From: an uncultured cyanobacterium
GTDB taxonomy: Bacteria; Cyanobacteriota; Cyanobacteriia; Cyanobacteriales; CAWUOF01
DNA length: 32,000 bases
Assembly: GCA_963744145.1 (NCBI GenBank)
Contig: CAVUSO010000001.1
Location: 5,394,500-5,426,499 of the forward strand
Reading direction: 5' to 3'
The translations under genes were made by a program, and so were the position numbers. The notes under the pieces were generated by a model. The model was not told the origin of the DNA. It did not search any database and saw nothing but the letters and a program-made list of their open reading frames with translations. Below, piece by piece: positions 1-8,066 of the stretch; within the stretch, counting starts at the first letter, position 1, and each line of letters opens with the position of its first letter.

Positions 1-1133
1 CTGGGATTACCGCTCAACATATTCTCCCACAAATTATTCGTGATGTTAGCTTTAGTGACTTGCAACAGTTAAAAATTAAAGTTCCAAGTGGGCATGAGAA
101 TCAATTATTAACCGATGATTTTATTACTGAATCGACCAGCACTACAGAACCAAAGTCTGATGCAGAAATTGAAGTAATTCTAGGTTTACCAGATCGATGT
201 CATCGACGCAGACCGGATTGGGTAAAAGTAGCAGTGAATAAAAGGATTGTGCGATCGCCAGAGTTAGAACAAATTTTAATTAATGGGTTTGCTCGGACCT
301 TACCGCGCGATCGCTATCCCCTCTGTTTTCTCCATCTGGAAATTTGCCCAAGTCAAATTGATTGGAATCGACATCCAGCTAAAACCGAAATCTACCTACA
401 TCACCTTAGTTATTGGCAAACCCAAATAGCGAGTGTAATTGAACAAGCTTTACGCTTAAATCAAGAAACCATTACGGAAACAGCTCTAACTGGGCAAGTA
501 AGTAAATTAATCAAAGCTGCCGAAGCCAAGAGCGGTTATCATGTCAACCGTACTATCACTAATACTAGCACAGATCGTCAGGGTTGGCCAGGGATAGAAC
601 TACGTGCGATCGCCCAAGTTCGCCAGACCTATATTTTAGCAGAATATCCGGATGGAGCCTGGTTAGTAGAGCAACATATTGCACATGAGCGCGTCTTATA
701 TGAACAGTTATGCGATCGCTGGCAATTAGTCTCTCTCGAACCACCGATAATTTTGAATCAACTATCTCCAGCTCAATTAGATCAACTACAACGAATTGGA
801 ATCGAAGTGGAACCCTTTGGGGAACAACTTTGGGCAGTACGCAATGCTCCGGAGAGTCTGGTCCGCAGAGCCGATTGTTCACCAGCGCTATTAGAACTAA
901 GTTTAGGAGGTGACTTACAAACCGCTCAAGTAGCTACAGCTTGTCGTACTGCCATTCGTAATGGTACTAAGCTTAACCTAGAAGAAATGCAAACTTTATT
1001 AAACCAATGGCAACAGACACGGAATCCGCGGACTTGTCCCCATGGACGTCCAATTTATTTATCATTAGCAGAGTCCCATCTTGCTCGTTTTTTTCGCCGA
1101 CATTGGGTAATTGGCAAAAGTCATGGTATTTAA
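1..1133 (+). CDS. mutL: DNA mismatch repair endonuclease MutL, C-terminal part (5' end lies outside the window)
   Basis: The frame of ORF 60-1133 stays open back to nt 3. Endonuclease motif EQHIAHERVLYE (DQHAxxExxxxE type), ACRTAIRNG and the conserved C-terminal CPHGRP motif are present. Confidence 0.9.
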   Translation, partial: GITAQHILPQIIRDVSFSDLQQLKIKVPSGHENQLLTDDFITESTSTTEPKSDAEIEVILGLPDRCHRRRPDWVKVAVNKRIVRSPELEQILINGFARTLPRDRYPLCFLHLEICPSQIDWNRHPAKTEIYLHHLSYWQTQIASVIEQALRLNQETITETALTGQVSKLIKAAEAKSGYHVNRTITNTSTDRQGWPGIELRAIAQVRQTYILAEYPDGAWLVEQHIAHERVLYEQLCDRWQLVSLEPPIILNQLSPAQLDQLQRIGIEVEPFGEQLWAVRNAPESLVRRADCSPALLELSLGGDLQTAQVATACRTAIRNGTKLNLEEMQTLLNQWQQTRNPRTCPHGRPIYLSLAESHLARFFRRHWVIGKSHGI

Positions 1134-1183
1134 TTAGTGGTTAGTTGTTGTGTTAGTTTTGCAAAAAAAAGGTAAATAGACAA

Positions 1184-1975
1184 ATGACCAAAGCTCTAGC
1201 ATCTCTCAAGAATAACATTTGGTTTCGGATTTCTATTTATGTCAATATTTTTCTCATTTATGCTATTGGTTACTCGGCTTATAAGCTCGGTCTGATCGAC
1301 CAGTTTGTATCTAATGTGATGCAGATGAATCCTCAAATAGTTAATAGTATGGCTGCGTACTTAGTACCAGGAGATAATCTCAGCTCTACTCCCTGGTGGC
1401 AAGATGAAGTCAAAAATCAAGTTTTAATCACGCAAACTAAAAAATATAATGCCTGTTTATTTGGAGATTCAATCTCTTCGATGTTGGGAAATACCCTGGG
1501 GAATAATAATTTTAATTTTTCCTTATCAGGGATGAGTACGGTTTCTCTAATTGAACAACTAAAAATTTTAAATAATGCTCAGGTAAAATGCGATCGGGCT
1601 ATTATTGCGATCGGTACTAATGATGCTGCTTATGCGATCGAAGATGAGCCATTTGTGAATAATATGAAAGATATAATTGCCAAAGTGAGACAGATGGGGG
1701 CAAGCCGAATCACTCTAATTCCTGCGTTTTATTCAACCCTAGAAGCTAGCTTCAATCCAGGTCTTGCGGGAACAATTACTAGAGTAGAAGAAATTAATGC
1801 TCTGATTCGTCAGGTAGCAGTGAGTGAAAATGTTTTGGTATCGGTCGAAACAATTAAACCTTTATTTAAGGAACAAGAGTTAAAATCAAATTTGACCATA
1901 GACGGAGTTCATCTGAATGCTGATGGTAGAGATATTTATCGAAAATCGTTATTAAAAATAATTGGTGGTTCATAA
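1184..1975 (+). CDS. SGNH/GDSL-family hydrolase, N-terminal membrane anchor (paralog 1 of 3)
   Basis: Block I CLFGDSIS, block III IAIGTNDA and block V DGVHLN are present. N-terminal hydrophobic helix IWFRISIYVNIFLIYAIGY. Confidence 0.8.
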   Translation: MTKALASLKNNIWFRISIYVNIFLIYAIGYSAYKLGLIDQFVSNVMQMNPQIVNSMAAYLVPGDNLSSTPWWQDEVKNQVLITQTKKYNACLFGDSISSMLGNTLGNNNFNFSLSGMSTVSLIEQLKILNNAQVKCDRAIIAIGTNDAAYAIEDEPFVNNMKDIIAKVRQMGASRITLIPAFYSTLEASFNPGLAGTITRVEEINALIRQVAVSENVLVSVETIKPLFKEQELKSNLTIDGVHLNADGRDIYRKSLLKIIGGS

Positions 1976-2126
1976 AATGATCGGAGGGTAATCAAGTTAG
2001 AGTCGGAGTAAATCAGCATAAAATTATCTAGCTAAATGCTACTAATCTGGTAAACTAGTATAGATTTATGGTATTTAATTAAGTATTAGTGCTATTACTT
2101 TCGCATCTAAAAAGGTAAATTAGCCC

Positions 2127-2915
2127 ATGACAAAATGTCGAAAACCAATCAAAACTAACATCTGGGTCAAGATTTCAGTGCATTTGCATATTTTTCTGAT
2201 CTATATGATTGGTTACTCAGCTAATCGACTCGGTATTCTGGATGCTAACTTATCTAAGGTATTTCCGCTCAACCTAGAAATAGTTAGTAGTGCTGTTGCG
2301 TCCTCAGTACCAGGAGATCATCTCACTGATGACCCAGCGTGGCAAGATCAAGTCCAATATGAAGTTTTCCTAACTCAAAATAAAAAATATAATGCTTGCT
2401 TGTTTGGAGACTCTATCTCTTTTACACTTGGTAATAACTTGGGAGATCATAATTTCAACTTTGCCCTCCCATCAGCGATGAGTACCGTTTCTCTAATTGA
2501 ACAACTCAAAATCTTAAATAATGGTAACTTAAAATGTGATCATGCGATTATTGCGATCGGCACCAATGATGCTGCTGATGCGATCGAAGATCAGCAATTT
2601 ATCAGCAATATGCAGAATGTAATTAGCCAAGTAAGACAGATGGGGGCAAATCGAATCACTCTGATTCCAGCTTTTTACTCAACTTTAGCAGCAATCAACA
2701 ACCATCAAGCCGGAACCATCAGTAGAGTAGAACAAATTAACACTTTGATTGGTTATATAGCAGCCAAGGAAAAGGTAAAAGTTGCCGCAGCAGTAATTCA
2801 ACCTTTATTTACTCAACAAACATTAAATCCAAATTTCACTATAGATGGATTTAATCTAAATGTAGATGGTCGAAAAATCTATCGAGCATCCTTATTAAAC
2901 ATGATCGCAGAGTGA
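2127..2915 (+). CDS. SGNH/GDSL-like protein, paralog 2, catalytic His replaced (DGFNLN)
   Basis: Collinear with 1184-1975 (CLFGDSIS, IAIGTNDA), but block V reads DGFNLN instead of DGVHLN. N-terminal TM helix is retained. Confidence 0.75.
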   Translation: MTKCRKPIKTNIWVKISVHLHIFLIYMIGYSANRLGILDANLSKVFPLNLEIVSSAVASSVPGDHLTDDPAWQDQVQYEVFLTQNKKYNACLFGDSISFTLGNNLGDHNFNFALPSAMSTVSLIEQLKILNNGNLKCDHAIIAIGTNDAADAIEDQQFISNMQNVISQVRQMGANRITLIPAFYSTLAAINNHQAGTISRVEQINTLIGYIAAKEKVKVAAAVIQPLFTQQTLNPNFTIDGFNLNVDGRKIYRASLLNMIAE

Positions 2916-2967
2916 GCAAATTAGAGTCAGAATGAAAAGATGATATTAAACCTAGTAAGATAGAACT

Positions 2968-3687
2968 ATGAAAAGAAAACTTTTAGCGATCGCTCTGAGT
3001 CCGGTACTAATATCTTCATTAGTTACCCCAGTTAAAGCTGCAAATAGGCTCGAACTTAAACAATCACGAGAAATATTAGTCGCACATCTATCTCTCATTG
3101 AGACTCCTTGGTGGCAAGATGAAGTCAAATATCAAGTTTTTCTGACTCAAAATCAACAATTAAATGCCTGTTTATTTGGAGACTCTCTTTCTTCCTGGTT
3201 ATGGAATACCCTGGGAAAGAATAATTTTAATTTTTCCTTATCGGAAATGAGTACCATTTCTCTTACTGAACAACTAAAAATATTACATAACGCTAAGGTA
3301 AGATGCAATCACGCGATCATTGCGATCGGCACCAATGATGCTTCTTATCCGACGATGACAGGTGAACAATTTTTCCTGAATCTGAAAAATATTATCATGC
3401 AAGTGAGGAGTATGGGGGCAACCCGAATCACTCTAATTCCAGCTTTTTACTCAACCTTAGCAGCAATCAACAAGCATTATGCAGGAACAGTTGCCAGAAT
3501 AGAAGAAATGAACTATCTGATTCGTCTGATCGGAGTCAGTGAAAATGTCATAGTTGCCGAAACAGCAATTCAACCCTTATTTACCCAACAATCATTAAAA
3601 TCAAATTTCACACTTGATGGAGTTCATCTCAATGCTGATGGGAAAAAACTCTATCGAGAATCCTTGTTAAAAATTATTGGGGAATAA
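2968..3687 (+). CDS. Secreted SGNH/GDSL-family hydrolase (paralog 3)
   Basis: Signal-peptide-like N-terminus MKRKLLAIALSPVLISSLVTPVKA. Motifs CLFGDSLS, IAIGTNDA and DGVHLN are present. Confidence 0.8.
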   Translation: MKRKLLAIALSPVLISSLVTPVKAANRLELKQSREILVAHLSLIETPWWQDEVKYQVFLTQNQQLNACLFGDSLSSWLWNTLGKNNFNFSLSEMSTISLTEQLKILHNAKVRCNHAIIAIGTNDASYPTMTGEQFFLNLKNIIMQVRSMGATRITLIPAFYSTLAAINKHYAGTVARIEEMNYLIRLIGVSENVIVAETAIQPLFTQQSLKSNFTLDGVHLNADGKKLYRESLLKIIGE

Positions 3688-3738
3688 GCAAATTTGGGGA
3701 AGAGTAGAATAGTCTTAAATCTAGTAATATGTAGGTAT

Positions 3739-4467
3739 ATGCAAAGAAAATTTTTAGCGATCGCTGCTAGTTCAGTCCTAATCTGCTGGTTAGCTACCCC
3801 AGCTCAAGGAGCAAATAGTCTCCAGGTTAAACAGTTACGGGATACCAATAAATGTCCAAGATGTGATTTAAGTAGTGCCCATCTGGGTGGACTGGATCTG
3901 AGTGGAGCAGATTTAACCGAAGCTAATCTAAGTGATGCTGATTTAGTAGGAACTAATTTAACCGGTGCTAAACTATGGAATGCTAACTTAGTCAAAGCTG
4001 ATTTAAGAGGTGCTATTTTAGCAGTAGCAAATTTAGAAAGAGCTCAACTAGGAAGTGCCAAATTCTGGGGTGCTGATCTGAGAGGAATTAACCTCAATTA
4101 CGCTAAATTAGGAAGAGCGAACCTTAAGGGTGTCGATCTCAGAGAAGCGAAATTAATTAATGCTAAGTTAACTTTTACTAATTTAATCGAAGCTAACCTC
4201 AAAGGTGCCCAGCTAAATGCGGCTGATTTAAGTAATGCTAACCTGAATATGGCTGACTTAGAAAGTACCGATTTGGATGGTGCTAATCTCACTGGTGCAG
4301 ATTTAAGACAAACTTATTTAGGTGATAGTAATTTACGTGGTGCCACTCTGATCGGTGCCAAACTTCAGGGTGCAACTTTAGTAGCAGCTAGTTTAGCTTC
4401 AACTAAGTTAAATTTAGCAGATTCTGAGTTTAGCAAAATTAGCAGATGCGAATCTCAGTGGTGCTGA
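3739..4467 (+). CDS. Secreted pentapeptide-repeat protein, N-terminal portion (frame broken near 4422)
   Basis: ATG at 3739 gives signal peptide MQRKFLAIAASSVLICWLATPAQG, followed by dozens of A(D/N)LxG-type pentads. The track ORF starts at TTG 3694. The reading frame is lost at ...NLADSEFSKI. Confidence 0.8.
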   Translation: MQRKFLAIAASSVLICWLATPAQGANSLQVKQLRDTNKCPRCDLSSAHLGGLDLSGADLTEANLSDADLVGTNLTGAKLWNANLVKADLRGAILAVANLERAQLGSAKFWGADLRGINLNYAKLGRANLKGVDLREAKLINAKLTFTNLIEANLKGAQLNAADLSNANLNMADLESTDLDGANLTGADLRQTYLGDSNLRGATLIGAKLQGATLVAASLASTKLNLADSEFSKISRCESQWC

Positions 4468-4858
4468 TTTAACTGGAGCAAATTTAGCAAATGCAGACTT
4501 AAGAAAAGCGATTTTAAGTAAAGCCAATCTCACGGGGGCTAATTTGACTGGTGCTAAACTTATTAAGGCTTATTTATATACGGCTAATTTATTGACAGCA
4601 AACTTAAATAAAGCCGATCTCAGTGGTGCTAATTTAACTCAAGCAATTTTGAAATTAGCAAACTTAAAAGGTGCAAATTTAGCAGGTGCTGATTTAACTC
4701 AGGCTGATTTAACTCAAGCAAATTTAAGGTTAGCTAATTTAAACGAAGCTAATCTCACTAATGCTAATCTAACCAATGCTAATTTGAGGGATACGGATTT
4801 TACCTCAACTAACTTAACTGGTACTAATGTCACTGGGACACTTTTAAGCGATCGCTAG
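4418..4858 (+). CDS. Pentapeptide-repeat protein, C-terminal portion (continuation of 3739-4467 in the +1 frame)
   Basis: The frame is open from 4418 (track ORF begins at TTG 4544). It reads LSLAKLADANLSGADLTGANL..., continuing the pentad register of the upstream ORF. Confidence 0.75.
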   Translation, partial: QILSLAKLADANLSGADLTGANLANADLRKAILSKANLTGANLTGAKLIKAYLYTANLLTANLNKADLSGANLTQAILKLANLKGANLAGADLTQADLTQANLRLANLNEANLTNANLTNANLRDTDFTSTNLTGTNVTGTLLSDR

Positions 4859-5004
4859 TTTTCCCAGATTGATTGAGACTAACAAGCAGCGATTATCCGG
4901 ACAGAAAGAGGACTTCAGCAATTAAATCCTGTGGGACAACAGACGGAGTAAAAATTATGGGTAAGTTGGCAAAACGCGAGATTAGTTAATTCTAAACCTG
5001 ATTT

Positions 5005-5280
5005 ATGGAATTTGAATGGAATCCAGATAAAGCAACGCGAAACTTTGAGAAGCATGCTGTTTCATTTCAGGAAGCAGCAACTGTATTTAATGACCCCCTA
5101 TCTGTCACATTTCTCGATCCTCAGCATTCCATCAGAGAGCATCGCTATGTTATAATTGGCAGATCTGTTTTTGGGCAACTTTTAATTGTTGCACATACTG
5201 ATCGAAAAGAAAAAATACGAATTATCAGCGCCCGAAAAGCTACTCGCCAAGAGCAGAGGTTTTATGAAGAAGGATATTGA
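5005..5280 (+). CDS. brnT: BrnT-family (DUF497) type II toxin
   Basis: MEFEWNPDKATRNFEKHAVSFQEAATVFNDP... and ...IRIISARKATRQE are the characteristic BrnT/DUF497 sequence. 91 aa. Confidence 0.85.
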   Translation: MEFEWNPDKATRNFEKHAVSFQEAATVFNDPLSVTFLDPQHSIREHRYVIIGRSVFGQLLIVAHTDRKEKIRIISARKATRQEQRFYEEGY

Positions 5281-5509
5281 GAACGAAATGGAAGATGAAT
5301 TACTTTCTGAGTATAACTTTGCTCAGATGTCAGGAGGTGTTAGAGGTAAGTATGTTGAACGATATCGTGCAGGGACAAACTTAGTGCTTTTAGATCCCGA
5401 TGTTGCCCAAGCTTTTCCCAATGAGACAGCAGTAAATGACGCACTGAGGATGTTAATCCAGATTGCACAGCGTCAACAATTAAATCCTGTGGTGCAACAG
5501 ACGGAATAA
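5264..5509 (+). CDS. BrnA-like antitoxin partner of BrnT
   Basis: ATG at 5264 overlaps the brnT 3' end. EYNFAQMSGGVRGKYVERY...LDPDVAQAFPNETAVNDALRML is a small antitoxin-type protein commonly found after DUF497 genes. The track ORF start at 5186 is an upstream extension inside brnT. Confidence 0.65.
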   Translation: MKKDIENEMEDELLSEYNFAQMSGGVRGKYVERYRAGTNLVLLDPDVAQAFPNETAVNDALRMLIQIAQRQQLNPVVQQTE

Positions 5510-5616
5510 AAATTATCAGTGAGATGCGTAGGTGTAGCCAGCCGCAGGCATCGCAATTCCGGGACTTCCGAATAATCAGGTAGTAATATAGAGATAATTT
5601 CTAGAAGGCAATAAAT

Positions 5617-5991
5617 ATGACAACCCTAACCAACGAACAAACAGCGATTATCCGGACAGAAAGAGGACTGGCGATCGCAGGTACACGCATCACGATCTAC
5701 GACATTATGGACTATGTGACGGCTCAATATCCGCCGAAGTTTATCAGGGGATTATTTGACCTGACAGAGGAACAAATTAACGCGGCTTTAGCTTATATTG
5801 ATGTCAATCGTGCCAGTGTTGAAGCCGAGTATCAAATGGTTCTTAAGGAAGCAGAAGAACTGCGACTGTACTATGAAGAAAAAAATCGCGATCTCATTGC
5901 TCGACTTGCAGCCCAACCACCACAACCAGGAACCGAAGCTGCATGGGAAAAACTGCGAGCAGCCAAGGCAAAACGTGAGGCTAAAGCATGA
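5617..5991 (+). CDS. DUF433 domain protein (putative antitoxin-like) with C-terminal coiled-coil tail
   Basis: ERGLAIAGTRITIYDIMDYV...LTEEQINAALAYI matches the DUF433 signature. It is followed directly by a DUF5615 gene. Confidence 0.8.
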   Translation: MTTLTNEQTAIIRTERGLAIAGTRITIYDIMDYVTAQYPPKFIRGLFDLTEEQINAALAYIDVNRASVEAEYQMVLKEAEELRLYYEEKNRDLIARLAAQPPQPGTEAAWEKLRAAKAKREAKA

Positions 5992-5997
5992 TTTTTT

Positions 5998-6384
5998 TTG
6001 ATCGATCATAATCTCAATGGACAGGCCCTAATTTTCTTTGGCTCTATTGCTAATCAAGGTTGGCTTGATATCATTCCAATTCGTTTTGTTACCTTTGCAC
6101 AAATGGAATTGCCAATCAATAGCGATGACAGAGTAGTTTGGCGACTTGCTCAAGCAAATCAAATGATTTTACTTACAGCTAGTCGCAGTATGAAAGGTAA
6201 GGATTCTTTAGAACAAATAATGCGCGAAGAAAATACTCCTAATTCATTACCTGTGATTACTATTGGAAACGCGGATCGATTACTGAATGATTCGGAATAT
6301 CGAGAACGTTGTGTGGAAAGTCTAATTGAGATTGTGCTTAATATTAATAGCTATATAGGTGTAAGTAGGCTTTTGATCCCATAA
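5998..6384 (+). CDS. DUF5615 (Mut7-C/PIN-like) protein, putative toxin partner of DUF433
   Basis: (L)IDHNLNGQ... N-terminus and overall similarity in type to 27855-28202. Only a TTG start is available at 5998. The ATG at 5988, overlapping the upstream stop, is one base out of frame across a T8 run (5992-5999). Confidence 0.7.
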   Translation: MIDHNLNGQALIFFGSIANQGWLDIIPIRFVTFAQMELPINSDDRVVWRLAQANQMILLTASRSMKGKDSLEQIMREENTPNSLPVITIGNADRLLNDSEYRERCVESLIEIVLNINSYIGVSRLLIP

Positions 6385-6668
6385 TGTGGGGTCGGGAGAT
6401 TGTAGAAATAGTGCGATCGCCCTCAGTTTTTATGAGAACCGCAAAGATGCAGAGGGAAAGATAATTGTAAATTTTTGAGGCGATCGCACTTTACTTTTTT
6501 CCGGGTTCTGAAGTGAGAGGAGAGATGAATTTATGGAAGCAATCTTAACCCCGATTTGGTTTTAGCGATCGCCATAATTGACTATCCAGTTTCTAGCGAT
6601 CGCAATTTTCATCTCCAAATAAGGATTAATTAGTTAAACTAGAGGGATCAAAATGGAGGAAACGCCGG

Positions 6669-7490
6669 ATGGTACAAAAATTACCAACCCCAACTCAACC
6701 AGAGGTCATTTACCCGGATGATGATGGTCTACCCATGTCAAATAATACTGAACAATTTCGTTGGATCGTCATTATTAAAGAAAATTTAGAGCTGTTATTT
6801 GCTAAATCGACGGAAGTATTTGTCGCGGGAGACTTGCTCTGGTATCCGGTAGAAGGAGATAACACAATTCGTCAAGCACCAGATGTGATGGTTGTGTTTG
6901 GCAGACCAAAAGGAAGAAGAGGTTCCTATCAACAATGGTTAGAAAATCACATCGTACCCCAGGTGGTATTTGAAATTTTATCTCCAGGAAATCGCCGACT
7001 AGAGATGGCCAAAAAGTTCGAGTTTTATGACCAGTATGGAGTGGAGGAATATTATATTTATGATCCTCAGAAGGTAAAATTAACAGGATTAATTCGTACT
7101 CAAACCAAATTAGCAGCAATCAGAGAAATGAATGGTTGGGTCAGTCCGCGATTGGGGATCAGGTTTGAGTTAACATCAGATACCTTGGTAATTAGGCGTC
7201 CGGATGGGGGGCGATTTCTGAGTACCTTAGAATTAGATGCGGTTCGAGAACAGGAATATCTGCGGGCCGAACAGGAACGTCTTCGTGCTGAACAGGAACA
7301 TCTTCATGCCCAACAGGAACGTCAACGCGCTCAAGAACAGACCCAATTAGCTGAACAAGAGCGTTTGCGGGCCGAACAGGAACGTCTGAGGGCTGAACAA
7401 GAACGTCTTCGTGCTGATCAAAATTATCAACAATATCAAGATTTGTTACAAAAATTGCAAGAAAAAGGAATTAATCCCGAACAATTATAA
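6669..7490 (+). CDS. Uma2-family (DUF820) PD-(D/E)XK endonuclease with C-terminal heptad-repeat tail
   Basis: APDVMVVF...QVVFEILSPGN...YDQYGVEEYYIYDP core typical of the Uma2 family. The C-terminus is (L/R)RAEQER repeats. Confidence 0.85.
   Translation: MVQKLPTPTQPEVIYPDDDGLPMSNNTEQFRWIVIIKENLELLFAKSTEVFVAGDLLWYPVEGDNTIRQAPDVMVVFGRPKGRRGSYQQWLENHIVPQVVFEILSPGNRRLEMAKKFEFYDQYGVEEYYIYDPQKVKLTGLIRTQTKLAAIREMNGWVSPRLGIRFELTSDTLVIRRPDGGRFLSTLELDAVREQEYLRAEQERLRAEQEHLHAQQERQRAQEQTQLAEQERLRAEQERLRAEQERLRADQNYQQYQDLLQKLQEKGINPEQL
7260..7427 (+). repeat. Eight tandem 21-bp (7-aa) repeats encoding LRAEQER-type heptads inside the Uma2 gene
   Basis: ctgcgggccgaacaggaacgt / cttcgtgctgaacaggaacat / cttcatgcccaacaggaacgt ... 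read directly from the sequence. The last units are degenerate. Confidence 0.8.
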
Positions 7491-7706
7491 GCTATTAGCG
7501 CGATCGCTTCTTAGCTATTTAGATCAGGCGCGATCGCACTTTAAATGGATGAGCGCTAGGTTTTGATTAGCCTCAGAACCAACAGCGATTATCCGGATAG
7601 AAAAAGGACTCGCGATCGCCATGTGATTACCAACAAATATACAGTGTTCTAACTACTATAATTTACCTGTTTGACTGAAAATTAATCTAAAGGTTAGGAC
7701 ATCCTC

Positions 7707-8021
7707 TTAGGAAGACTTATTATTAATTAACTTTTTATCAAATTCAATAATATCAGCAATAGCTTCTAAATTATCAACTCTAGTTTGTAAAGTTTTAAAT
7801 TTTTGATCGTTTTCTAGGTTTTTAGAATTTCCAAAAAACCAAATAGATGCAGTGCTTATAGCAACAGAAATAAGCACTGCAAAAGGCAGCCAAATGCCAT
7901 TTTCTGTAAGAGCTAGGATTGGCACACAAGCTAAGAGTAAAAAAATCGATAAAACCCAAATCCAAATAGTTGCTACTAGACGAATATCTTTTTTTTGTTC
8001 GCCATACTCTAACTTAGCCAT
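7707..8021 (-). CDS. Small two-TM membrane protein with amphipathic C-terminal helix (unknown function; possible immunity/partner protein)
   Basis: Two hydrophobic segments (LVATIWIWVLSIFLLLACVPILAL, IWLPFAVLISVAISTASIWFF). It lies 45 nt downstream of, and co-oriented with, 8067-8618. Confidence 0.5.
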   Translation of the reverse strand: MAKLEYGEQKKDIRLVATIWIWVLSIFLLLACVPILALTENGIWLPFAVLISVAISTASIWFFGNSKNLENDQKFKTLQTRVDNLEAIADIIEFDKKLINNKSS

Positions 8022-8066
8022 CAGATTTTACCTTTTCTACTGTATGAACTCAAGTGCTTGCTATTC

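Noticed and set aside
565-913. Two ORFs (105 aa on the minus strand, 67 aa on the plus strand) nested in mutL
   Set aside because: They are embedded in a well-supported conserved gene and have no motifs.
3804-4292. Two minus-strand ORFs (63 and 64 aa) inside the pentapeptide-repeat gene
   Set aside because: They are low-complexity antisense readings of the repeat and have no independent support.
3850-4850. Strong short-period nucleotide periodicity that could be mistaken for a repeat array or CRISPR
   Set aside because: The period is 15 nt and in frame with A(D/N)LxG pentads. There are no 25-40-nt direct repeats separated by unique spacers. No CRISPR array is present anywhere in the window.
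5186-5263. Upstream extension of the BrnA-like ORF inside brnT
   Set aside because: It lies wholly within the brnT coding sequence in another frame. The ATG at 5264 gives the usual overlapping TA arrangement.
5788-6009. Two small ORFs (73 aa on the minus strand, 67 aa on the plus strand) over the DUF433 3' end
   Set aside because: They overlap a supported gene and have no motifs.
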